A DNA stretch of 64,000 nucleotides from Octopus vulgaris. Lineage: Eukaryota. Position 1 is the first letter of the stretch; every line of letters begins with the position of its first letter. The translations under genes and the position numbers were made by a program. The stretch covers positions 53,134,001-53,198,000 of the forward strand of contig OX597814.1 in NCBI GenBank assembly GCA_951406725.2, in the 5' to 3' direction. The notes beneath the pieces are model-generated. The model saw only the letters and a list, made by a program, of their open reading frames with translations, did not search any database and had not been told where the DNA came from. Shown here piece by piece: positions 13,062 through 24,899 of this stretch.

Positions 13062-13752
13062 ATTAATAAATCTAAGGGTAGCAAAAAATTCTCCGCTACC
13101 AGCGGTCTAGTGAGAAAGGAAAGATAGTCAAAGACTATATAATATACATTCAACAATATAAGGAATGGCCATAATAGGACATTCGACTCACTAGAAAGAG
13201 CAGCCAAACTCAAACCGCTAATTAGTTGTAATTCTGAAATAGAAAGAGAAATAAAAACGTTTACTCCTTTCATCTCTGGACTATGCATAGTTTCTGCAAA
13301 CTTTGTAAACAAATTAATTAAATTAAATATATTTACATCTGGCGTGCCTCGTCAGCAGAGAAGCCTATGATGAGTATATGTCCACGAGGCGATGGTAAAG
13401 AAGCCTCCAGTCCATATGCTCTAAATTTTGGCCATTCCTTATATTGTTGAATGTATATTATATAGTCTTTGACTATCTTTTGTCTCTCATTAGACCGCTG
13501 GTAGCGGAGAATTTTTTCTAGAATTTTCTGCTACCCTTATATTTATTAATTAATGATTTTTGGGATAATTTTGAAATTAAATCAGCAGTTTATATTTGCT
13601 GCTGAGAAGACCACGCGATTGCGGTAGAATTTTGAAAAGGGGTAAACGTTTTTATTTCTCTTTCTATTTCAGAATTACAACTATTTAGCGGTTTGAGTTT
13701 GGCTGCTCTTTCTAGTGAGTCGAATGTCCTATTATGGCCATTCCTTATATTG

Positions 13753-13757
<5 letters not shown>
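13062..13757. mobile_element. Penelope-like pseudo-LTR element with an inverted copy, between (TA)n tracts
   Basis: 13062-13170 is inverted at ~13429-13548, and 13148-13264 is inverted at ~13642-13757. It contains HHR folds. Confidence 0.7.
13274..13360 (-). ncRNA. Type I hammerhead ribozyme with a long loop II
   Basis: Minus strand: CTCTG-CUGACGA-gGCA...TGCa-GAAA-CTATGCATAG-UC-CAGAG. Stem I is perfect, stem III is palindromic, and the triplet is GUC. Confidence 0.8.
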
Positions 13758-13831
<74 letters not shown>

Positions 13832-13918
13832 TGTATGTATGTATGTATGTATGTATGTATGTATGTATGTATGTATGTATGTGTGTGTGTGTGTGTGTGT
13901 GTGCGTGTGTGTGCGTGC

Positions 13919-13953
<35 letters not shown>

Positions 13954-14277
13954 CGTCTGTGTTTGTCCTTCCCACCACCGCTGGTGTGGTGTGTTCACAT
14001 CCCCGTAACTTAGCGGTTCAGCAAAATAAGTACCAGGCTTATAAAAAGAAATAAGAACTGGGGTCGATACATTCGACTAAAAAATTCTTCAAGGCGGTAA
14101 CCTTGACTGAAACAAGTAAAAGATAAAAGAAATCTTTATTGTTGCATGCTTTAACAAACGAGCACAATCAGTATGTCTTGGGTGTGTGCATCGGTTTTGA
14201 ATTTTCTCTTGTACTGAAAATGGTTATTCATTTGTTTGTATTTTTTAAGATCATTCCCAAAGTACCAATTAGAGTAG

Positions 14278-14740
14278 GTCGTTACATTCTGAGTTCAAAT
14301 TCCGCCGAGGTCGACTTTACCTTTCATCCTTTCGGGGTCGATAGATTAAGTACCAGTTACGCACTGGGGTCGATGTAATCGACTTAATACCTATGTCTGT
14401 CCTTGTTTGTCCCCTCTACGTTTAGCCCCTTGTGGGTAATAAAGAAATAGGTATTGCTTCTGCTTACAATTTTCATATTTTGGTGATCTCGATTTCTAAA
14501 TCTTCATGTTTGGATAATTTTACATTTTTTGTTTTCGTGAGAGTTATTATAACATGCCGGGCAAAGTGTTAGAGGCATTTCGTCCACCTTTACGTTCTGA
14601 GTTCAAATTCCGCCGAGGTCGACTTTGCTTTTCATCATTTCTGGGTCGATAAAATAAGTACCAGTTGAACACTAGGGGTTGATGTTATCGACTTACCCTC
14701 TTCGTTGAAATGGCTATCCTTGTGCCAAAATTTGAAATCA
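14278..14740 (+). mobile_element. Two SINE family A copies
   Basis: GAGTTCAAATTCCGCCGAGGTCGACTTT at ~14290 and ~14598. Confidence 0.85.
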
Positions 14741-14799
14741 ATTTTACATTCATCTCTCTGTCTGTATAAATTAATATATCCTAGACCACAGTCAGTTTG

Positions 14800-15300
14800 T
14801 CATTCACTATGACTTTTCCTGGTATATGTTTATGCTACCGCTTTCCTGTTAAAATTTCATAATGCTGATATAATTCCAGGGTATTAAATCTTTAATTCCG
14901 TTATAAGTATACATGAAATCTGTATAAGTATTTCCTACAGTTGTAGTAGTTTCTGGTGAGAAGGTTTTGATGATATGCTGTAGTGCCAAAACCTTCAGAG
15001 TTGAGTCCTGAGCTTCTCAGTCTGTGGTGAGAGTTTTTATTATTCAGTCTCCTTTTCAGTTTTCTCAAGTATTATAGACTTTTTCACTATTTGAGTAATT
15101 TTTCACATTAGATCCCTTCTTTTCTATTTCGTAAACTAAGATGAGGTTTTAGCTTTCCAGCAATTTTATGCATCAATTTTACATATCATATTTTCTTTTC
15201 ATTTTTCGAAGTTCAGTTTGGTTGAGGATGACCCTTTTAGGGTTGAGTCTGATTTCCCTCGTTACTATCGTTGTTAGGTTATAAATAACATTACTTAGTC
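14800..15300 (-). pseudogene. Highly degraded R4/Dong-like LINE ORF fragment
   Basis: The minus strand reads ...SEGFGTTAYHQNLLTRNY... and, further on, ...YQHYEI....*HKHIPGKV, resembling 'ETEGF..A.QDQ.L.TRNY' and 'W..H.PEKV'. It has many disruptions. Confidence 0.45.
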
Positions 15301-15799
15301 TGTCTATATAAGTTCAATTTGCTGCCGTGCACAGAGTTTCTTGTAGGTCCAGGTTACATTTATTCATTTCATAGAGCTTCTTATTCGTCTGTAGCTTTAG
15401 CAAGTGTCTTTGCTATGTTGAGCGACTATGTTCCAATCGCAAAAACATACGCACGTATACATGCATACTTACGTACTCGATATATAATTACACACACACC
15501 ATGACTTGGGACAGAGTAAATAAATTATACACAATAGTTGAGCAGATATCAACACAACACTAAAGATTAGCGCAACAGAAAACATCTGCGTTGAACTGAT
15601 GAGAAATCTGCTCCATCTGGACTTATCGCTTTAGACTCTACCTATAATTATTTGAGCACTATTTCTGTACTACGGCATAAATACATACACAGTGAGACTT
15701 ACACTTGGCTTGTATATCATTACCAAAAGGCCTCCATAAATGCACGTCACAGCGCACACACATAGTCCAAAGCCAATCACCTGCATTGGATTCACAATA

Positions 15800-15875
<76 letters not shown>

Positions 15876-15907
15876 TTGAGTTGTGGGGTATCGCACGAGT
15901 GGAATTA

Positions 15908-16969
15908 TATATGAAAGAAGGTTTGAAAATGCAATTTAAAAGATGTTTATTTACTTAACCGGTTTCACTCTTTGGTAAAAGATTGTCAAAAGTAACATTG
16001 AATATTATGGGTTCAAAAAAAGTTTTTTACATAATTGTCACATTGAATATTATGAATTCAAAAATGTTTTTTTATACATAATTGTCACATTTCATGTATA
16101 AATATAGTGTTTGGTAACAGAGATATGTTAAGGGCATAAAAAAGTTCAATAGTGTGATGAGAATATTTGGAAAAATTGGCAGAAAAGAATAAAACAAATA
16201 TATTATTGGAAATTTGGTTGCGTTAATTATTGGTTGTCGCAAATTGTCACATTACATGTATATATATACAGTCTTTGGTAGAAAGGACATGTTAAAGACA
16301 TAAGGAAGTGTAATAGTTTGGTGATAAAGCTTGTAATATTGACAGAGAAAATTAAAATGGATATTTTAGACATCTCAGAATATTTTGAAATGAAGGCGAG
16401 AATTTGTTTTTACTGACCTGTTTGTTTTAGCAGAAAAGTTGAATTGAGAGAAAAAAAGATGTGTACCCAGTTTGGTTTATGGTTCCCCTTCAAGCATATT
16501 CTGAGATGTCTAAAATATTTTAATAACCATTTTAATTTTCTCTGTCAATATTACAAGCTTTATCACCAAACTATTACACTTCCTTATGTCTTTAACATGT
16601 CCTTTCTACCAAAGACTGTATATATATACATGTAATGTGACAATTTGCGACAACCAATAATTAACGCAACCAAATTTCCAATAATATATTTGTTTTATTC
16701 TTTTCTGCCAATTTTTCCAAATATTCTCATCACACTATTGAACTTTTTTATGCCCTTAACATATCTCTGTTACCAAACACTATATTTATACATGTAATGT
16801 GACAATTATGTATAAAAAAACATTTTTGAATTCCTAATATTCAATGTGACAATTATGTAAAAAACTTTTTTGAACCCATAATATTCAATGTTACTTTTGA
16901 CAATCTTTTACTAAAGAGTGAAACCGGTTAAGTAAATAAACATCTTTTAAATTGCATTTTCAAACCTTC

Positions 16970-16978
<9 letters not shown>
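15908..16978. mobile_element. ~1.07-kb foldback element: ~475-bp near-identical inverted arms (15908-16382, ~16497-16978) with a short spacer, near or abutting (TA)n tracts
   Basis: ATGAAAGAAGGTTTGAAAATGC at the left end is the reverse complement of GCATTTTCAAACCTTCTTTCAT at the right end. Each arm carries an HHR-like fold. Confidence 0.9.
16891..16935 (+). ncRNA. Hammerhead ribozyme variant with U3:A8 core (mirror copy at ~15950-15995 on the minus strand)
   Basis: TTACTT-UUGACAA-tCTTTT(acta)AAGAGt-GAAA-CCGG-UU-AAGTAA. Stem I is a perfect 6 bp and stem III is the palindrome ACCGGT. Confidence 0.65.
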
Positions 16979-17016
<38 letters not shown>

Positions 17017-17019
<3 letters not shown>

Positions 17020-17343
17020 TTACTTGTTTCAGTCATTTGACTACGGCCATGCTGGAGCACCGCCTTTAATCGAGCAACTCGACCCCGACATAAACACACC
17101 AGCATCGGTTGTCAAGCAATGCTAGGAGGACAAACACAGACACACAAACACACACACGCATATATATATATATATATATACACGACGGGCTTCTTTCAGT
17201 TTCCGTCTACAAAATCCACTCACAAGGATTTGGTCGGCCCGAGGCTATAGTAGAAGACACTTGCCCAAGGTGCCACGCAGTGGGACTGAACCCGGAACCA
17301 TGTGGTTGGTAAACAAGCTACTTACCACACAGCCACTCCTGCG

Positions 17344-17346
<3 letters not shown>
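17017..17346 (-). mobile_element. SINE family B copy (internally deleted)
   Basis: Reverse complement of 22136-22526. Confidence 0.9.
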
Positions 17347-17432
<86 letters not shown>

Positions 17433-17436
<4 letters not shown>

Positions 17437-17910
17437 GAGGACTTTTTCAAATCTATACTTACAAGTGTTTGTGTATAGACGTGCAAACTCGCTTTGTTAT
17501 CGGTATGTATTAACGCTTGTTCGTATATTATTATTGCGCTAAAGATAGAAGAAAATCTATTTCAGATTTTAATCTTGAAATTTGCTAATTCGCAATTAAT
17601 GTGGAGTCTTTATAAGTATATTCTCACTAGCCCGCTTTCAATCGCATGTATTTATGGAGTTTTTTCGGTAGATTCGTAATGTTTGGACATTCAGTATAGA
17701 GGAGATAAGTCTCGTTTTGACTTTTTCCCTTAAAGTAATTATATATATAGTTATCAAGGCAATCAAAAAATGGTATCAAAATGACTGTTAAACAAAACAA
17801 AATTACTAAGTAATTGACCGTTATTAAGACAAAAGAGCTATGAGAATGACAGTTAAATAAGGAGAAAAAACCGAATGGGAGAAGTAAAAAAGTAAAAATG
17901 CTCATAGAAA
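17433..17910. repeat. ~480-bp TA-adjacent repeat, duplicated in inverted orientation at 21624-22101
   Basis: The two copies are near-identical reverse complements, and the ORF track shows twin peptides at both sites. Confidence 0.9.
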
Positions 17911-18180
17911 GTAACGGGGACATAAACACACCAGCATCGGTTGTCAAGCAATGCTAGGGGGACAAACACAGACACACAAACATGCACACACACACATATA
18001 TATATATACATATATACGACGGGCTTCTTTCAGTTTCCGTCTACCAAATCCACTCACAAGGCTTTGGTCGGCCCGAGGCTATAGTAGAAGACACTTGCCC
18101 AAGGTGCCACGCAGTGGGACTGAACCCGGAACCATGTGGTTGGTAAACAAGCTACTTACCACACAGCCACTCCTGCGCCT
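17911..18180 (-). mobile_element. SINE family B copy
   Basis: Near-identical to 17090-17346. Confidence 0.9.
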
Positions 18181-18659
18181 ATACATGTTAATAATAACTA
18201 TAATTTAAAACATCTCGTTAATATCTTTAAAAACATGCACAAACGCATTTACTCGTAGAGACATACTCACATACATCCACTTCATTAATAGGTACCAGTC
18301 CATATATAAGATTCACAATACTGGAACTAAACCACACCTTTTTACACATGCTCACATACATAATTTTCAGTTATCTCCCTGTTGAGCTTGTGTGAATGAA
18401 GCTTCTTTCTTTCAGTTACACTTCTGGTCATTTAACTTCCCATTTTAAACATGACTTGATGCAAAATGATATTTTCCCGTTACTCCTGCTTTCATTTCTT
18501 CTTGCACTGTTTTTTTTTACTACTAACTTTTTGACGAGGAACTTCAACCCGAAGCGTCAAAACACTTTGTTTTTAATCCCGCATTAATCGTCACACTAAT
18601 AATTACACTTTGTGTTTATGTTCCTCTCAGTTATTCTCGCCATTAATTATTTTGAACGC

Positions 18660-18715
<56 letters not shown>

Positions 18716-18721
18716 TATATA

Positions 18722-19534
18722 TAAAGTTAAATTTTCTTATAAAGTATGTTTTTAAGTATACTTCACGATATATATAAACTGTATTAAGAAGTTCTCATTA
18801 CAAACTAAATCGAAAGATAAAGGAAATTATAGGAGGAACACATCCAGGCAATCAATACAAATTCCAAAGCATAATTCAAAACACACAACGAAATAAATAT
18901 ACATGTAAATTTATAAATCAGTGAACAAAATTACGTGTAAAAGTCATATGTTAAAACTATGGATCATGTATGTTGGGTTCAGGTACCGAATGGAGCAGTG
19001 ACAAATAGAGATAAAAATTCGAGGTGAAGGCTTCCAAAAGGAACTGTTTGAATCGATTAAGAATTTGATGTTTATACGAAATGACAGGTGAAAGTTCAAA
19101 ATTTTAAAATTCAGGGGTAAATAGGTAAATAAAATAAATATATACAGATTCCGGTGAATTTGGGTAAAGGATATCATCGACGGCAGTTTCAGGGATACAA
19201 TAAATGTATAAATGGTGTTTTAAGTATTCCAAATACATAAACATAATGCTCCCCTCATCAGGATGGTTTCCTTCGTGATGAAATCCTACATGGTAATAAT
19301 TCAATAGATTGTATTTCTAATACTTAAAACACCATTTATACATTTATTGTATCCCTGAAACGGCCGTAGATGATATCCTTTACTCGAATTCACCGGAATC
19401 TGTATATATTTATTTTATCTACCTATTTATCCCTGAATTTTTTAAATTTTGAACTCTCATATGTCATTTCGTATAAACATCAAATTCTTTTTCGATTCGA
19501 ACAGTTCCTTTTGGGAGCCTTCACCTCGAATTTT
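18722..19534. mobile_element. Penelope-like HHR element with inverted arms (19014-19228 / 19319-19534), flanked by microsatellites
   Basis: The arms are reverse complements, and a full HHR lies on the minus strand. Confidence 0.8.
19175..19265 (-). ncRNA. Type I hammerhead ribozyme with a long loop II
   Basis: Minus strand: CATC-CUGAUGA-GGGGA...TCCCT-GAAA-CTGCCG-UC-GATG. The plus arm has GAAA-CGGCCG-UA-GATG, with a palindromic stem III. Confidence 0.75.
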
Positions 19535-19550
19535 ACATATATATATATAT

Positions 19551-19647
<97 letters not shown>

Positions 19648-20621
19648 CTATATATACGTCAATATATTATGCATGTGTGTGTCTAATAGTGCGTTTGTTG
19701 CTGCCTGAGAGTGAGAACGCTGTTTATATCCATTTGCGTGTCTATCAGAGATGAGATGCATCTAAATTGACGATAATTCTCAAAGTAATTCCCTCGCGTG
19801 TTCTGGTAATTCCAACGTTTTCAGGTAACGTTTATACTTATATTAAATAAAGAAATGCTATGTACGTCTGCTTTTTCAAATTTAGAAAGATTATTGACTC
19901 GTAATATACAAAAAGTGAAAGCAAACTGCGTAGTAGTTGTAACATTGAACACACACGCGCGCGCACACCCACACACACCCACGTACACAGATCATTGGTT
20001 CCATGGAGACGTAGCTTATTTAAGTTCATTATTCTATATTCACGGTTCAAGTATTCAAATATATAACTAAGACACGAACGAACATGCGATCGACTTGCTT
20101 GAAATATCAAACCATCTCTCTCTCAAATTATCCTCCACCTTATCTTAAAAATAAAAAAATGTGGTGGGTGTCACATTGAATGATGTAGTCTTAGAAAAAC
20201 TACGCCTGAAAAATGATAGGGTCGTCACGTTCGGAATAACACTTTGACTAAAGGCTTGTTGTGAGTTGATTTGAAGCTAACCACCACCACCACCACCATA
20301 ATCATTATCATCATCATCTTCATCAATAATAACAACATATAAGAAGGTTAGGATAAAATAAAAACATTTTAAAAGAGCTGAATAAAAATGTGACACTCAT
20401 TGAGCACTGGTTAGATTCGGCAGAGCGACTGGGAAAAGAAAATGCTTTGCGATATTTAGATGCATCGCTTTACGTTCTGAGATCAAATTCTGCCAGTGTC
20501 ATCTTACCTTTTGTCTCTCTGCGGTAAATGAAACAATAACCTGAAAATATAGTAAGTCGATATAATCGACTATATATTCTGTTCAATATTTATGACCTTT
20601 AGGGTGAGAACCTGGCAGACT

Positions 20622-21003
20622 TGTTAGCACGCCAGGCAAAATGCTTAGCGGTATTTCGTCGGCCGCTACTTTCTGAGTTCAAATTCCGCCGAGGTCGACT
20701 TTGCTTTTCATCCTTTCGGGGTCCATTAAATAAGTACCAGTTACGCACTGGGGTCGATATAATCGACTTAATCCGTTTGTCTGTCCTTGTTTGTCCCTTC
20801 TATGTTTAGCTCCTTGTGGGTAGTAAAAAAATAGGTATTTCGTCTATCGGCTACGTTCTGAGTTCAAATTCCACCGAGGTCGATTTTGCTTTTCATTCTT
20901 TCGGGATTGATATGATAAGTAACAGTTGAGCACCAGAGTGGATTTAATCGACTTACACCCTTCCCCGAAACTGCTGGCCTTGTGCCAAAATTTGAAACCA
21001 ATA
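20622..21003 (+). mobile_element. Compound SINE family A copy
   Basis: Matches 25829-26059, followed by a second body. Confidence 0.85.
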
Positions 21004-21480
21004 TATGTGATCTTGTATCTATGTCAGAAATTAATACCAACAAAACCTGTTCGAGGGCTACCTTTACTACATGTCCATCATTTCCATCCTCCGGCTGTAC
21101 TAAAGACACTAGTATTTCTCTGTGTGTGTGTGTGTGTATATATTTCAAATGCAAACAAAACAGGCCTGATATAATTGTTTCGGGTGGTAAAGAAAAATTA
21201 TGAACGTCCCAGTTCCGACCATAAGTTTATAAGTGACCTGTCCACTGAATTACCAGATTCATTGAATTAGTGTCTAAGTGTAACAATTTTCAAGTACAAT
21301 CCATCAGACGGTCTTCCATACAGTTTCCATCTGGCCAAGTTCAATCAACAAGGTATGGGTCATATGGAGGTAATAACGCAGTTTCTAACAAATAAAAACA
21401 GCCCCAATAATTATTTTTAACTATCACGACGTATTTACATTAAGTATGATACATAAATGGATATTTTAATACATACATTT

Positions 21481-21586
<106 letters not shown>

Positions 21587-22098
21587 TATATTCATAAAAT
21601 AAGGATAAAAATCATATTAATGATTTCTATGAACATTTTTACTTTTTTAGTTCTCCCATTCGGTTTTTTCTCCTTATTTAACTGTCATTCTCATAGCTCT
21701 TTTGTCTTAATAACGGTCAATTACTTAGTAATTTCGATTTGTTTAACAGTCATTTTCATACCATTTTTTGATTGCCTTGATAACTATATATATAATTACT
21801 TTAAGGGAAAAAGTCAAAACAAGACTTATCTCCTCTATACTGAATGTCCAAACATTACGAATCTACCGAAAAAACTCCATAAATACATGCGATTGAAAGC
21901 GGGCTAGTGAGAAGATACTTATAAAGACTCCACATTAATTGCGAATTAGCTAATTTCAAGATTAAAATCTGAAATAGATTTTCTTCTATCTTTAGCGCAA
22001 TAATAATATACGAACAAGCGTTAATACATACCGATAACAAAGCGAGTTTGCACGTCTATACACAAACACTTGTAAGTATAGATTTGAAAAAGTCCTCC

Positions 22099-22135
<37 letters not shown>

Positions 22136-22137
<2 letters not shown>

Positions 22138-22246
22138 CGCAGGAGTGGCTGTGTGGTAAGTTCCGGGTTCAGTCCCACTGCGTGGCACCTTGGGCAAGTG
22201 TCTTCTTGTGAGTGGATTTTTAGACGGAAACTGAAAGAAGCCCGTC

Positions 22247-22300
<54 letters not shown>

Positions 22301-22526
22301 GCGTGTGTGTGTTTGTGTGTGTGTGTGTTTGTCCCTCTAGCATTGCTTGACAACCGATGCTGGTGTGTTTATGTCCCCGTTACTTAGCGGTTCGGCAAAA
22401 AGAGACCGATAGAATAAGTACTGGGCTTACAAAAGAATAAGTCCCGGGGTCGAGTTGCTCGATTAAAGGCGGTGCTCCAGCATGGCCGCAGTCAAATGAC
22501 TGAAACAAGTAAAAGAGTAAAAGAGT
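22136..22526 (+). mobile_element. SINE family B (tRNA-like head, CORE-like GCACCTTGGGCAAGTGTC, internal TA/TG microsatellite, AAAAGAGT tail)
   Basis: A/B-box-like GTGGCTGTGTGGTAAG...GGGTTCAGTCCC. More than ten copies occur in the window. Confidence 0.9.
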
Positions 22527-22533
22527 ATATATA

Positions 22534-22911
22534 TCTCTTATTATAAAAGGCAGATTTTATCTGCCTCCCTTTGGGAGTTATACAAATCTACAATATAGGA
22601 TTTCTTCAATTACAATTTACCTAGCAATTTTAAGAGTACAATGCATCGCGTCATGCCAGGTCCAGTTTTTAAAATTTAAACTCCAATTAAGCAAAATTTA
22701 CAGAAAACTCACATTCTGGTGTGTGTGTCAAATGCTTTTCTTAGTCTGGTTTACACCACACGCAAACGCACACACACAGTGGGCAGCGAATAAAATGAAA
22801 GTAATTTACTTACTGTAGTGAGTGATTCTTTCACTCTGCCTCCCACTTCCTCTTTCAACACAGACACGCAAATATATAAATAAAATTGTAAGCTAACGTG
22901 CGTGTGTGTGA

Positions 22912-22948
<37 letters not shown>

Positions 22949-23735
22949 TGAGGGTGCGCGCGTGTGTGTGTGTGTGTGTGTGTGCGTGGGCGTGAGTGTG
23001 TGACAGGAAAGTTTTTTACGACGAATATAAGTAGCAGAAAGATAAGACAGTAAGGTGTGATTTGAGGGAGATTTGGCTGCTATTTCTACCATGTCTAGCT
23101 GCCATGTAGGGGTCTCCCTCATAGGCTCATACATACATATATACATAGATAAGACAGTAAGGTGTGATTTGGGGGAAATTTGGCTGCTATTTCTACCAGG
23201 TCTAGCTGCCATGTAGGGGTCTCCTCATAGGCTCATACATACATATATACATAGATAAGACAGTAAGGTGTGATTTGGGGGAAATTTGGCTGCTATTTCT
23301 ACCAGGTCTAGCTGCCATGTAGGGGTCTCCCTCATAGGCTCATACATACATATATACATAGATAAGACAGTAAGGTGTGATTTGGGGGAAATTTGGCTGC
23401 TATTTCTACCAGGTCTAGCTGCCATGTAGGGGTCTCCCTCATAGGCTCATACATACATATATACATAGATAAGACAGTAAGGTGTGATTTGGGGGAAATT
23501 TGGCTGCTATTTCTACCAGGTCTAGCTGCCATGTAGGGGTCTCCCTCATAGGCTCATACATACATATATACATAGATAAGACAGTAAGGTGTGATTTGGG
23601 GGAAATTTGGCTGCTATTTCTACCAGGTCTAGCTACCATGTAGAGGTGCCCCTCATTGGCTCATATATATATACATACATAAAACAGTAAGGTGTGATTT
23701 GAGGGAGATTTGGCTGCTGTTTCTACCAGGTCTGT
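22534..23735 (+). mobile_element. Probable Helitron-like element carrying a minisatellite
   Basis: It starts A|TCTCTTATTATAAAAG, like the Helitron 5' end at 24505. I did not identify a 3' CTAG end. Confidence 0.4.
23040..23733. repeat. 107-bp minisatellite, ~6.5 copies
   Basis: The unit GATAAGACAGTAAGGTGTGATTTGGGGGAAATTTGGCTGC... repeats, and the ORF track shows peptides repeating every 107 bp. Confidence 0.95.
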
Positions 23736-24063
23736 TAGGCCTTCTCATGTAAACTCAAGCTTTCTTATGCCTTGAACATAAGACCAAAGCAGAGAATGTA
23801 TTCTTTTATTCTTCTGCTTTTTCCAGCCATTGGTCTGTGGCCATGCTGGGGCAATGCCTTGAAGAATTGTAGTTTAATGAATCAACTCCAGTTTTATTTT
23901 TGTAAGCATTGTACTTATTCTATCTGTTTCCACTAGGTGACAGGGATGTAAACAAACCAACATTCGTTGTCAAGCAGTGGTGGAGGACAATCACAAGCAC
24001 AGACACGCACACACACACACATACATGCATACATACATATATATATATGTGTGTATATATATA

Positions 24064-24395
24064 TTGCAGCGTGGAAGGTGTTTGTAAGCCATTTAAGAAA
24101 CACACAAAAACCGTTACATTCACTTCAACATTTAAATTTCATTTGCCAAAATATTTTCGTCGCTTTGAGACCGCGACCTGTTCACTGACAAAAATATCGT
24201 GCTAACAGGTCGCGGTCTCAAAGCGACGAAAATATTTTGACAAATTAAATTTAAATGTTGAAGTGAATCTAACGGTTTTTGTGTGTTTCTTAAATGGCTT
24301 ATAAACACCTTCAACGCTGCAACTGTTTTCGTTCCAGCACACGATCTCAGATCAAGTCACTTGCTATGCAAGTACATCTCTGTAACTATTTATAC
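24064..24395. mobile_element. Small foldback HHR element (arms 24064-24182 / 24204-24322) in (TA)n
   Basis: Near-perfect inverted arms with a ~21-bp spacer. Confidence 0.85.
24142..24192 (-). ncRNA. Hammerhead ribozyme variant with G3:C8 core
   Basis: Minus strand: TTTGTCA-GUGAACA-gGTCGC(ggtctcaaa)GCGAC-GAAA-ATAT-UU-TGGCAAA. Stem I is 7 bp, stem II is 5 bp, and stem III is palindromic. Confidence 0.75.
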
Positions 24396-24441
<46 letters not shown>

Positions 24442-24504
24442 TGTTAAAAACAGTAAGATAACAAAAGAAAGAAAGAGACCTCAATATTATGTAAATAGAG
24501 GAAA

Positions 24505-24899
24505 TCTTTATATATAAAAGTGAGGTTGTGTGTCTGTCTCCTACGATTTAGATTCCTAACTACTCCCACATTTTGCGGTGCAGTTTAACCAAAAGCGGGT
24601 ATCTTATAGTCGTGATTCATATCGAGACCGTCTGGGTATTAGCGCGCGTCTACGATGAGTCTACGATTTAAAAAAAAAATTACCATCAATTTTTCCCATT
24701 TTTAATCCATTTTTGACATATATAAGGGAAGTAACTCTCTAAAATTTATTATTAAATCTCAGAACGTAAAAAGCTACAGTAACACCCCTCCCCCTTTGTG
24801 GTTAGCCATATTGAGATGGCTATTATACTTTACATCTCTAAAAATGCTTATATAATTATTTCCCTTACAAACCCGAGCAACGCCGGGCGATACTGCTAG
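24505..24899 (+). mobile_element. Non-autonomous Helitron
   Basis: 5' end A|TCTTTATATATAAAAG, subterminal hairpin CCCGAGCAACGCCGGG, 3' end CTAG|T, and no TSD. Confidence 0.85.

Larger units (their letters stand above)
10851..14125 (+). mobile_element. SINE family B copy split by nested insertions (5' half 10851-10988, 3' half ~13950-14125)
   Basis: The head ends ...GAAAGAAGCCCGTC(TA)n and the tail GTTTGTCC...CCCCGTAACTTAGCGGTTC resumes after the microsatellite, as in the intact copy at 22136-22526. Confidence 0.7.

Noticed and set aside
15596-15610. CTGATGAGAAA, and other isolated CTGANGA hits (7211, 37903, 45407 minus, 47030 minus)
   Set aside because: No consistent stems I to III can be drawn around them.
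23040-23733. CRISPR-like periodicity
   Set aside because: The whole units are identical with no unique spacers, the context is eukaryotic, and there are no cas genes.
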